Positions 1-10,100 are shown, numbered from the stretch's first letter. The stretch: 64,000 nt of DNA from Paramoeba atlantica (GCA_977017575.1 CDRNVI010000060.1:124001-188000); one strand, 5' to 3'. Translations and numbers: made by a program. Notes: a model not told the origin generated them from the letters alone.

Positions 1-380
1 GATGAACACATCCCCTTCTTCCTTTGTAACGCCCTGGGTATAGCTCAGTGCTTCGCAGGAGCCTGGACCCCGTCCGTGTGGGAGGACGGAATGGCATGCT
101 GGAGCTTCACAACGACGGAGGGTCTGATAGCCGACTCGGAATGGTCGGCCGAGTGCGTGCGGTGTAAGCTCCACAGAGGGTGCATCGAGGCCAACCCGGG
201 ACCAGGTCGCGGAAAACGTAAGTATACCCCATCCAAATCCTCCTGTCCCGATGATAATAACCTCGTGAACACAACGGGACAGACGAGCCAGACGAGCATA
301 CACTTCGAGGATACCCCCACCCCGCTACCCTACGAATATTACACTCCGAACCCTAATCGCACATCCCCTTCCCATGGGGG
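1..380 (+). mobile_element. Fragment of the N-terminal region of a CRE-like non-LTR retrotransposon, with a 2A-like motif
   Basis: ORF 76..507 segment FTTTEGLIADSEWSAECVRCKLHRGCIEANPGP aligns with FLSSESLISETGRSAHIIKCNLRRGYIEANPGR (5326..5832), which lies upstream of CRE-type RT fragments. Right boundary is approximate. Confidence 0.55.
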
Positions 381-940
381 AGTCATGCTTGATGCCAGCG
401 AGGATTACGCTGGATACAATCTGCATACATCATGTACACACATCATACCATCATGTGACGATCTCCATCCAAGAAACGGTCCCGAGAGTACGTCCATTTC
501 GCGTTAAAAGTGATCTGCGGATTTGCAACTCCAGGACGCTCGACGTGACGGGCCTGCATCACCCAGATGGCGAAGAGAACGAGAAATATCAGATGGGAGA
601 CATGCATCAAAAAGAAAGGAGAAATAGCAGAAAATACTCTGTTTTGACCTATGTTGTGCTTGTATACTTTACATATACGTATGTATGATTACCATTAGCA
701 TCTTTACCACTTGCATCTTTGATCGACCCCAGAGAAATTTGGGAGCAGATAACTATATGTAAGTACATACATGTGTATGTATACATACATGTATATTGTA
801 CCCGCTTTCAAACTTATTTTCTTTGTGTACGAAGAAAAAAATTATCCTACAATTCGCGAATTATTTATATTGCAGTTATATTTACATGTGTATAATCATA
901 CATTACTAACACAAGCTTACATAACTTATGCGTAAGTAGC

Positions 941-1795
941 CTACACGAATTCTATCAATGTATCTATTGTGTTAAAGCATCTTTTTTCAAGACCAACTTG
1001 CATCACGCGACCACGCAAATTAGGATTGTTATCTAAGCGACAGTACGCCGCATTTTTTACCCAGCACTCCGCGTTAACCAAAAGTTCGAAATTATTGTCT
1101 TGTGCATAGAGTTCAACAAAAAAGTCCGGAAGATTACGAAAATCAAGTTTCCCACTAAAATGGTTGTTCGAAACGTCCAAGACTCGTAAATTCAATGGTA
1201 GATGGCACAAATCTATTGTCCCATCAAACTTATTATGTTCCAACCACATGTCGGTTAAATTAGGAGGCAACTTTGTGAGGTTGATCTGCCCGGTAAAATC
1301 GTTTTGGTTTAAGTAAAGCTTCTCAATGAGAGGAGGCAAAAATTGTGGATCAAACCTGCCAAAAAAACGATTAGAACTAAGATTGCATAACTTTAAAGAT
1401 TGCGGAAGACAACGAAATTCAACCTCGCCTGTCAAGTCATCATTATCCAGATGCAGGTCGATGAGAGTCAATGGAAGATACTTCCAAACAACCAAGCCGC
1501 GTGTTGGATACACTTTTGGAACATAATCTGAATTGGTCCAGTCTAATGCTGTGACTTCATCCATCTCATTGCACGTCACACCCGACCACTTGCATGCTGT
1601 TACGTTTGTACACCATGTGGGATGCAGACCTTCCAGATTTTTAACAAAACGAGCTAAATCGTATTCTTGTGGTAATGCGGCACCGCGAATTCTACCCGGC
1701 GCTCGTGATGTAGATTGTGATGACACGGAACCTGGCAGTGATACCGTTGCCCCATTTCGAGTAGGTGCGTCGTCAGCTGACGTTACTGAATACAT
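941..1795 (-). CDS. Leucine-rich repeat protein (284 aa)
   Basis: N-cap ACKWSGVTCN followed by 22-24 aa repeats LPxxLxxLxLxxNxFxGxI/LDL; family N-terminal motif RIRGAALPQEYDLARFV. Confidence 0.92.
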   Translation of the reverse strand: MYSVTSADDAPTRNGATVSLPGSVSSQSTSRAPGRIRGAALPQEYDLARFVKNLEGLHPTWCTNVTACKWSGVTCNEMDEVTALDWTNSDYVPKVYPTRGLVVWKYLPLTLIDLHLDNDDLTGEVEFRCLPQSLKLCNLSSNRFFGRFDPQFLPPLIEKLYLNQNDFTGQINLTKLPPNLTDMWLEHNKFDGTIDLCHLPLNLRVLDVSNNHFSGKLDFRNLPDFFVELYAQDNNFELLVNAECWVKNAAYCRLDNNPNLRGRVMQVGLEKRCFNTIDTLIEFV

Positions 1796-2310
1796 GGAGT
1801 AAACATTTACAAGAGTCCTGCATTTTTGATATATGCATTTGTATATAGTACATTGAGACTGTATACTACCCCTCTTATTATCATTTTGTTGAAAAGGCCA
1901 TGGACTCGATTAATCCCAAAATCTCCCAAAAATGTTTTAAAGACTATCTAAAGTGAGGGGATCCATGGGGCAGCATGCCCAAACTCTTCTACCAGTGCTA
2001 CCACGATTGACATAAAACTGCGCATTCATCGAACTCCTAACGGAAGGCACTCCTTTATGACGCTTCATCCAATCAGGTCATATTTATAAAAAACGTTTTA
2101 CATGATTTCTTTGTCCAGAGGAGCGCACTGTCTGTGGTATCATATCACATATGCATATACTATCCACGCTGTCCTGATATTCAACAACTCTTTACCGGGC
2201 CCTAATCCTACATCCCCTGCTCTGGGGGGGTATGCCGGAAGCCAGCCATCGCGGCGGAAGCAAATGTCACCGGCACTCCCCAACGGACGACATTAGATAA
2301 GGGGTCATCG

Positions 2311-4230
2311 GTGATGGTGGAATCATCTCGCATTACAGAAGGCCAGCAAACCACCCCAATAGCCCAGGGCGCTCCAATTGAGAAGCGTGGGCAAGCCCCC
2401 TCCTCCGAGAGCTTAGCGGAGCTTCTTGGGAGGGGGTCCCCGAGTAAACTTTACGCGGTCCAATGCCCGGCATGGAAGGAATACACTGCCAGTGTATGTC
2501 ATGACTTTCTCAATAAGTCAGGGGGGGACAAAGTTGAGATGGCCTGGAACCTCCTTTTAGCCGTAAAACGTTTCCTACACCTCCCTGAGGATAGGCGGAG
2601 TTGCAACGACAGCTAGCACGCGAACTCTGAATAAGTTCGAAGACCTTGGCTCCATCCCCGAGTCAGGCCAACGGCCCCCCGTGGTCCGTCAAAAAACGGG
2701 TGGAGGAATTGTGCAGGGCGGGTTGCTTCTCTAGGACGGCCAAAACGATGGAGGCGCCCCTCAATCCACCGGCCAATCCCACGGCGGCCCTAGAACAGGC
2801 TAAGCGACTACATCCCACAGGCGGGCCCTACATTGCGGGGAAATTCAGGTACAATAGGGACCGACACGGAACCCTACCCTCCCCCGCCGATGTGGCCAGG
2901 AAGGCCCCAAGCCTGGCCCCTATCCGCGCCCCCCGGACCTACGGGATGGACCAAGGAACTGCTTGTCCCAGTCCTCATGGAAGGTGGACCCTGCGACTGT
3001 ATCACGTGGATAATCCACGGGATTATGACAAACTCCCTACTCCCCTCAATGAGGGAACGGCTCACGGGGGCGTCCCTAAAACTATTCACCAAACCGGACT
3101 CCCCGGCGGGGCACCACTCTTCCTACAGGCCCATCGCCATGGGAGAGTGCGTCCTCAAGGTGGCGGGGCTCCTTGCCTGGAGAAAATCCGGGAACATCTC
3201 CCCACTTGCTTTCAGGGCATCCAGTTTGGAGCCCAATACACGCAGGGGTGTGAGCACATAATTTATAATGTGCGACAGCACTTCAGGGACAGGCCGAAGG
3301 AGGTCATCGTGGCGGCAGACCTCGAGAACGCTTTTAATAGCATCTCACGGTCGGCAATTTTTAGGGCGGTAAGGGGGGATCCGAAACTTTTCCGCATTGA
3401 GGGCATCACCCTCTTCAGCTACGGTACTACACGTACGCTTCACCTTGGGGAAGGCCAATCCATCACGAACTCAAGTGGGGTCAAGCAAGGTGACCCCATG
3501 GCTCCCATCCTATTTGCCATAGGGATCCAGGGGGCAATTGCCAGAGTGGCGGCCAACTTCACAGGCACGCTGAAGGTCTGGGCGTACCTGGACGGCGTCA
3601 CCTTCGCGGGTGAACCCAAGGTATGCGCGGAAGCCCTAGGCTAGGGAGGCTAGGTTAGGCTAGGGAAGAAGAATGGGTGCTCTCCAAGGCGCCGAAGGTA
3701 ATCTCCTTCTTGGGGAAACTTAAGGACAGTAGCTGGCAGTGTATCTTGCCCCTCTTAAGACTCTGTGGGAGTCCTCGATGGAACTACATCGTAAGGACCC
3801 ACGAGCCCCGGGTCACTAAAGTGGCCGATGCCCAAGTCGGCACAGCCGTCCTGGCATGTGCTGAGGCATTGCTCCGGGGGATGGACTCCTTGGGAAAAAT
3901 ACCGTTTTCCAATCACCTCTTGACGGCAGATTTCCTGGGGACCATCCCCTTCGAGCACAAGGCCGAGGGCATGCAGGCCAAGGTGAAGAACGCCCTACAG
4001 GGCCGACCCCAGGGCATGTAAGCCAACGAGCAGCCCCACGCAACCTCTGTGAGGCCGCGTTAGGGAAAGCCCCAACGGCTACCCAACTGGTCTGCATGTG
4101 ACGCATTAACCTCTTTTTCAGACATTCTGGGGAGCCGCACATCAACACCTCATAGGCCTGCAGGCCCACATCCTAAACGTACACGCCCCGAAGCGCACTC
4201 GGAAAGCATTGTACGAACTTTTGGGAAGTC
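2311..4230 (+). mobile_element. Decayed CRE-clade non-LTR retrotransposon (RT region, frameshifted)
   Basis: RT motifs across frames: APGPTGWTKEL, SSYRPIAMGE, GIQFG, AADLENAFNSISR, GVKQGDPMAP, WAYLDGV (degenerate YxDD); post-RT segment LLRLCGSPRWNYIVRT. The QFG and DLENAFNSI pattern is typical of the CRE/SLACS/CZAR clade. Boundaries approximate. Confidence 0.85.
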
Positions 4231-4708
4231 ATGCCCGGGGCGCCTACGCCCTCAAACGAGAAGGCTGGTCGGAGTTCCTGAGCCTCTTCAAAGAATGTTT
4301 CTTCGTGGCAGCGCAACTCCCTACAGCAGGATTCCCCACTCTCGAAGCAAATCCTCCATGGCCTCCACAGCACCACTTCTCTACCTCCACAGCACCACTT
4401 CCACACCCCTGCCTTCCACTTTAACCCTACACCGGGACCAGATCCAGGATCACACCCGCATAGCTTCGCGCCAATTTACGCGCCCGAGGAGGGCAGCCCC
4501 CTGGATTACGGGGCGAAGGTATACTCATTACCCTAGACCTTGGCCCCGAACGGGCCGGACGAATTCGAGTTCCTTGCGAAGCTTCAACCTCCTTTTCAGA
4601 CATCCTGGGGATCGTGGGGTATACCATTGGGGTGCCCGACGAGAGCCTACTCCTCAAGGACACATCTGGGGAAGTGACCCACATTACAGATCGGGAGAGT
4701 TTCTGTAC

Positions 4709-4733
4709 AAGATACAGTTTCTGTACCTTGTTG
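4709..4733 (+). other. Relict spliced-leader exon sequence
   Basis: AAGATACAGTTTCTGTACCTTGTTG contains the kinetoplastid/diplonemid SL core ACAGTTTCTGTAC and ends in TTG. It is followed by TTC rather than GT, so it is a processed copy and not an SL RNA gene. Confidence 0.85.
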
Positions 4734-5345
4734 TTCATCCTTTCTTTCCCCGGCAACGGGCATAGTCTAACTGTTCATATGCCCGTTGCCGGCCGGCACT
4801 AAGGCTGAAACTGTTCCTCTTTCTCGGCGAAGTAGGGGACGCGCTTCTACCCCATCACCCCTCCCCGGCACTAAGGTCGGGACTGTCCCTCTTTTCGTTG
4901 AAGCAGGGGACGCGCCTTTCACCCTTCGCCCCTCCCCGACTCACTCTCCTGGAGTGAGTGTGCTTCCCTCTCTCGGCTTTTCTTTCTCGTGTCTACCTTT
5001 CCGAGGAGGCAATGCGTCACGGTGGCCTCCCTTGAGGACCACTAGACGTGTCCTTCGCTACGACTTCCGGCTCTCCGCACCTGGCGGTCACCCAGCTCTC
5101 CGCACCTCGGCTCTGTCGCAGCTCTCTTCACCCGGATTGCCCCCGAAACTGTAATATGGGGATTACGCATCCGGCTCTCTGCACCTGCACATGACAACCG
5201 AGCTCTCTGCACCTGGGACGCCAGCTCTCTGCACCCTCTTGCCACAGGCGAAGGCGAACTCTCACGTGATCCACCCGTCGTATGCGGGGTAAGGACATGT
5301 AGTGAGGCAAATCTCTGCACTATAAGTGCATGAAAAAACAACAAC
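4709..5345 (+). mobile_element. SL-headed short non-coding retroelement (SINE-like, about 640 bp)
   Basis: Starts with the SL relic, has a 15-bp stem at 4750-4792 and internal GCTCTCTGCACC repeats, and ends AAATCTCTGCAC-TATAA-GTGCATGA plus an A/CAA tail. It splits an otherwise continuous CRE ORF. Homologous fragments at 41883, 49099 (same 3' end) and 57532. Confidence 0.75.
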
Positions 5346-7353
5346 AAAATGCGCCCAAAGGATCTCTGTACGCCTGACCCTACCACCAGGCAGCACAGGA
5401 TACATCGACACCAAAGCAATACGAGTGTACGACGGTACATTCCAAGGCAGCCTCTTAGCGCCGGGCATAGGAGCCGCACATGTTATCCCTGCCTTCCTCA
5501 GCAAACAAATAGGAATTCTCGATATCCTAACCGTAGCTTGGAAGCCCAAGGAATACGAGGACGGGATTTTATGGAGCTTCTTATCTTCCGAATCCCTCAT
5601 CAGCGAAACAGGACGGTCCGCCCATATAATCAAGTGCAACCTGCGCAGGGGCTACATTGAAGCCAACCCGGGACGCCGCCATAGAAATCCCCCTCCAAGG
5701 GCGGGCCACCCCACTGGCCAGCGAGACGATCTTGGAGGGCATTGCGACCGCGCCCAACGTCGCCAGCCCTCCCCACACTACGGCCCGGGACGGAGACTCA
5801 GTCCAAGACATACATTTGTATGCCCCCGATAGGAGGCGAACCCACAAACCCAAGTCGCTCAAACCGAGGAGCTAGGATAAGCCCCCTTCCCCGAAAGTCT
5901 GGCGGAGCTATTGGGGAGGGAGTCCTTGCGAAAATTATATATTTGTATGAGGTGCAATGCCCCGCCTGGCGGGAGTACGTGGCTAGCGTTTGTCACAACT
6001 CCCACTTCAAATCGCAAGAGGAGAGAATCGTAATTGCATGGAACCTCCTCCTCCTCCTCCTCGTAGTCAAACGCTTCCTCTTCTTCCCTGAGGATACGCT
6101 GTCACAACGACATCTAGCACGCGAATTTCGTATGCGTCCCCACCTCGAGCGGTCGGAAACCTTGGCTCCGACCCCCACCGCGGAAAATAGATCCCCCATG
6201 TCAGCAATAAAACGAGCGGAGGAGCTCGTAAGGGCGGGAGCTTTCTCGAGGGCGGCCGCAAGATCCCCCGGCCAACGCCACGGCTGCCCTCGAACAGGCG
6301 GAACGCCTGCATCCAACAGGGGGGACCTTCCTCCCCAATTCGGAGCGCAATACACTCAGGGCTGCAAACACATTGTCCACAATTTCAAGGGATACAGTTT
6401 GGATCCCAATACAACGTGTATACTCAACGGTGTGAGCACATCGTCTAAGCATTTACAGAATGCCCGACAGCATTTTCGAGACAGACCGGAGGTTGTCATT
6501 GTGGCTGCAGACCTTGAAAATGCTTTCAATAGCATCTCGCGGTAAGCTCTCTTCCGGGCCCTAAAGGGAGACCCGAAACTTCTCGGTTTCGAGGAGAAAG
6601 AAAAGTGGGAAGACTAGCAACCTCTGGGAGGAGGCACATCCATTATGAGCTCCCGGAGGGTAAATCAAGTCGACACCAAGCAAACCACGACCCCAATCCC
6701 TTTCGCCATAGGGAATCGCCTAGGGAATTTTCGCCTTCAGGATCCATGGCGCCATAGCCAAGATGGAGGCCTAATTCCCAGTATCCCGGTCACTAAAGGT
6801 CACTATAGTGGCAAATTCTCAGAAATCTCAAAATCGATCAAGCCGTCCTACTACATGCGGGACGCCGAGTTGGAAAAGGCAGCCGGCCTCCGGTATCGGG
6901 TCGCCCCGATTTCAGAATGTGAGCTCCAGTACTTTTGCGGCACAACCATTCGAAACAAGATTTTCAACCCTCCAATGTATATATTGAAAAAAAGAATATT
7001 ATTCTTCTTTTTATTATACTGATTTTAGTATTAAGAATATAAGAGTTTACTATGGTTTGTACCGTACGCTTAGAAAAGGAAACTGCGGAATTGATCCCAT
7101 GAAACGTGCTTACAAAGCGGATCAATCATTGCACCCCTATCATACATACACGACAGAAGCCAATACAAGACAAAATATTCGATACTACATGTGAGTAATA
7201 TAAAATACAAAAGACGTGGAGCTCCAATATACGACAGTAGCTGCGGCATTATCCACTCACGTCAACTCTCGTCTCTCAAAGATGTACCCATTATTGCCCA
7301 TTACCTTCCATCGGCAATCCTAGAGACATCTACGGTGATCCCTGCCCTCTTCT

Positions 7354-8259
7354 CTACACCTTCTTTTGAAAATTCCTCTTTTCCCGCTCAGCCCTGAACG
7401 TATCTTGCCGAAGTTTATGCTGGGCCCGGAGATTGTTCCGAAACGACGCTTGGCCCCTCCCTTCCCGGGATAACAGCGAAGGCTTTCGATCCGAGGGCAG
7501 CACCCCAATCGGGCGACCAAACACATCCCGACGGAGCTGGAGTCGCGAGGCGATCCGACTCGCCTTCTCCTTCCACCGATTGGTGACTTGGAAGGCATAG
7601 AAATTATCTTTTATCAGTTTATCCACCCCGAGTCGAGGAGGAGAAGACTTTGTTGTATTTTCCATGTCTCCTTTTTTCTCCCGTAAAGACTTTGGGGTTT
7701 CGCTCACTAAAGCTTTACGACTTAAGGCTTTACGTGAGAGTTTACGACGGGATACGGTGTGCCACCCGTCGTCGCTGTTTTGCGAATCGTTTTCTTGATC
7801 CGATGCTGGGGTTGGGGGAGAAACCGCAAGTGAATTTACGTTTTGCACATTTCCTAATGTTTTGTTACGCACTGCGGATTTCGACCCAGAAGTGAGATGG
7901 GAACGACGGGCAGTTTGTTGCCACAGTTCATTCTCTTTCTTGGAGTAGGATTTCAAAAAGGCGTTGTTGCGGGCCAGGATTGTCGAGGCGTCCTCGAAGG
8001 AATCATTGATTTGGGTAATGTACTCCCCGAGGTGGAAGGGTTTGATCGTGTGAAGGTCGGGTAAAGTGGGCTCGGAGGGGTCCAGCGTCGGGGGATTGGA
8101 TACAGGCGATGGTACGGAAGGGTTGGAGGAAATTGGCTTATCTTTGGACAGCTTTCTTTTGTTTCCCCTGTTTTTTAGGACAGTGGACTGCTTTTTTACG
8201 GTAGATTGCGCTGGCATGTGGAGGTTGGGGTATCTTATACAGAAGACATATATTTCCAA
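7354..8259 (-). CDS. Hypothetical protein (301 aa, basic and Ser/Pro-rich); possibly transposon-derived
   Basis: Long open frame on the coding strand of the cluster, likely start MPAQSTVKK; no recognisable domain. Confidence 0.4.
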   Translation of the reverse strand: MEIYVFCIRYPNLHMPAQSTVKKQSTVLKNRGNKRKLSKDKPISSNPSVPSPVSNPPTLDPSEPTLPDLHTIKPFHLGEYITQINDSFEDASTILARNNAFLKSYSKKENELWQQTARRSHLTSGSKSAVRNKTLGNVQNVNSLAVSPPTPASDQENDSQNSDDGWHTVSRRKLSRKALSRKALVSETPKSLREKKGDMENTTKSSPPRLGVDKLIKDNFYAFQVTNRWKEKASRIASRLQLRRDVFGRPIGVLPSDRKPSLLSREGRGQASFRNNLRAQHKLRQDTFRAEREKRNFQKKV

Positions 8260-8523
8260 AAGCTTACGAGAAGATACTCACACTGTCCAAATCGCTAAAA
8301 TTATTGTCCTTACATTTTCATCGTATTTTTCAATCAAGAGCATAAAAAAATTATGCTTTAGTTTTTCGCACTATAAACACAGTACGCAAAGTACATGGAT
8401 ATACAGGGGGTATGTATACAGTTCGTGCGTTGATCCACCGTTATTATGGTGAAAAGCTTGTTGTAGTCTCACCCGTAGCATATTATCGTCCACGAAAGGA
8501 AATTAATTTTATTCTCTAATACC

Positions 8524-9612
8524 TCAACCTTCATATTTCCCTAAGGAGATGAAGTGCCACCCATCCTGATCAAGCGCATTCCACCACGTAGAATCCGCAA
8601 GTTGCGTGGATTCTTCCATCGTTTCGATGCTATGATGGAGGCGTCCAGGAACAGATCCGTTATAAGCAAACCAATCACCGGAAATTGCATCATATTTCGC
8701 AAACCGAGTTGGAATAGTACTCAAATCAGTTTTCATCCGAGGAGGGTTTGAAACACATATCGAAGATAAGCCATGAGGCTTACGACGCATATCTATGTAC
8801 ACGGTAAGGTCGTTCTTAAAAAAAGAAACAAACTTCATGGAATCCGGCAGGACAGAAATGTCAACTTCGCCAACAAAACTATTTTCAGCAAGTGCAAGCC
8901 CTTTCAGTGGTGGAGACAGCCTTGAAAAATCAAGTAATCCGGCAAAAGAGTTGTTATACAAGGAGAGCGATTTTAGCGAAGATGGGAGATGACTCACGTC
9001 GAGCGATCCTTCGAAAAGGTTGCAGTCAAGGGCCAGTTCTACAATGGATGCAGGAAGCGATGTAAAACATAGGGTACCTGAAAGAGCGTTTTCATACAAA
9101 TATAGAATCTGGATCAGTGGGGGCAATGCTGTCAAATCCAATACCCCTGCAAAATGGTTCTTATGCCCCCAAAGTCGTGTCAATGCTGCGGGAAGATCAT
9201 TAAGAGGAAAGGGGCCACTGAGTTGATTTCCGCTCAGACTAAGCTCGCTTAACATATCCACTTGTCCCAGTACAACCCCACCGCTGAGCTGGTTCCTCTC
9301 GAACGCTCCCCTTCGTAGTGTACTCGGGAGAAACGAAAAGTTCAGGCTTCCTCGCAACCCCCTCTCATACCATTCGATGTCTATGATATTACGATTTGAA
9401 TCCACATGAACTCCAATCCAATTCATTGCAGTTCGCTCCACAGTCCACGAGGGATCGGGATTAGAGAGGTTGGCTACAAGTCTTGCTAGGTTGTATTCAG
9501 GAGCCAGAACGGATGTATGTACTTTAGATGGCCGTGTTATTGGTGTGTCGCAGCCAGAAAAGAGTAACAGTTTGAAAATGCTACTCAGCACGTGGATATT
9601 GATCGGTGTCAT
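8524..9612 (-). CDS. LRR protein with Trp-rich C-terminal domain (362 aa)
   Basis: About nine LRRs; C-terminus PTRFAKYDAISGDWFAYNG...WWNALDQDGWHF; close paralog of 16896..17984. Confidence 0.92.
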   Translation of the reverse strand: MTPINIHVLSSIFKLLLFSGCDTPITRPSKVHTSVLAPEYNLARLVANLSNPDPSWTVERTAMNWIGVHVDSNRNIIDIEWYERGLRGSLNFSFLPSTLRRGAFERNQLSGGVVLGQVDMLSELSLSGNQLSGPFPLNDLPAALTRLWGHKNHFAGVLDLTALPPLIQILYLYENALSGTLCFTSLPASIVELALDCNLFEGSLDVSHLPSSLKSLSLYNNSFAGLLDFSRLSPPLKGLALAENSFVGEVDISVLPDSMKFVSFFKNDLTVYIDMRRKPHGLSSICVSNPPRMKTDLSTIPTRFAKYDAISGDWFAYNGSVPGRLHHSIETMEESTQLADSTWWNALDQDGWHFISLGKYEG

Positions 9613-9654
9613 TTACACGATGTACGAGTGTTATTCTATAGTATTAAACGAGGG

Positions 9655-9795
9655 TCAGATATCCTAATTCAGAACTGTCCTAATTCGGTGATCACTATCC
9701 TTCGGATCACCATCCTAATTCGGAATATCCTGAATTAGGATATTCGTCCAATTAGGATGTTCATCCAGCGTTACTATGATATCCTAATTCAGAAA
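9655..9795. repeat. Cluster of (A)TCCTAATTC motifs in both orientations
   Basis: atcctaattc recurs at about 9661, 9678, 9712 and 9781; the inverse aattaggat occurs at about 9733 and 9750. Confidence 0.6.
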
Positions 9796-9974
9796 ATGTT
9801 TATGGATTAAAAAATATCCAGTCTAAAGTGGGCGAGGGAGATACCAAGAGGGCAAGTGCGGCAGATTCCCACAAGAAAACCGGTATCTCCCTTGTGATAT
9901 CCGAAATCGAATCCCAATTATTCAAGATTGCCACGGACTGTCACTGATAAGCTAGGCCCTTCACACAGCTTGAG

Positions 9975-10100
9975 GGAGCTGGTTCCCTGAGGGGAAGGTC
10001 CGGGACAGTCCTTCCAGTACCAGGCCTGGTCGGATCTCGGCCCAGCCCTCTTAGAGTGAGGCCGCCGGGTATTATACGATGAGCGGGGTTCGAATTAGCC
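9975..10100 (-). mobile_element. Fragment of tRNA-derived SINE-like family B
   Basis: Reverse complement matches about 42105-42230 (ccgctcatcg...cactctaagag...cagggaaccagctccct). Confidence 0.6.

Larger units (their letters stand above)
4430..6960 (+). mobile_element. Decayed CRE-like element (N-terminal region, 2A-like motif, RT and C-terminal fragments) interrupted by the SL-headed short element at 4709..5345
   Basis: GRIRVPCEAS...GVPDESLLL (4539-4660) continues after 5345 as KCAQRISVRL...IRVYDGTFQGS...GYIEANPG. VQCPAWREY and AADLENAFNSISR are paralogous to 2311..3644. MRDAELEKAAGLRYRVAP (about 6855-6910) matches IRDVEWETAARLRYFMAP (44635 ORF). Confidence 0.75.

Noticed and set aside
33-70. 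tRNA-like start GGGTATAGCTCAGTG
   Set aside because: No anticodon arm, T-arm or acceptor pairing follows, and it lies in CRE-derived sequence.
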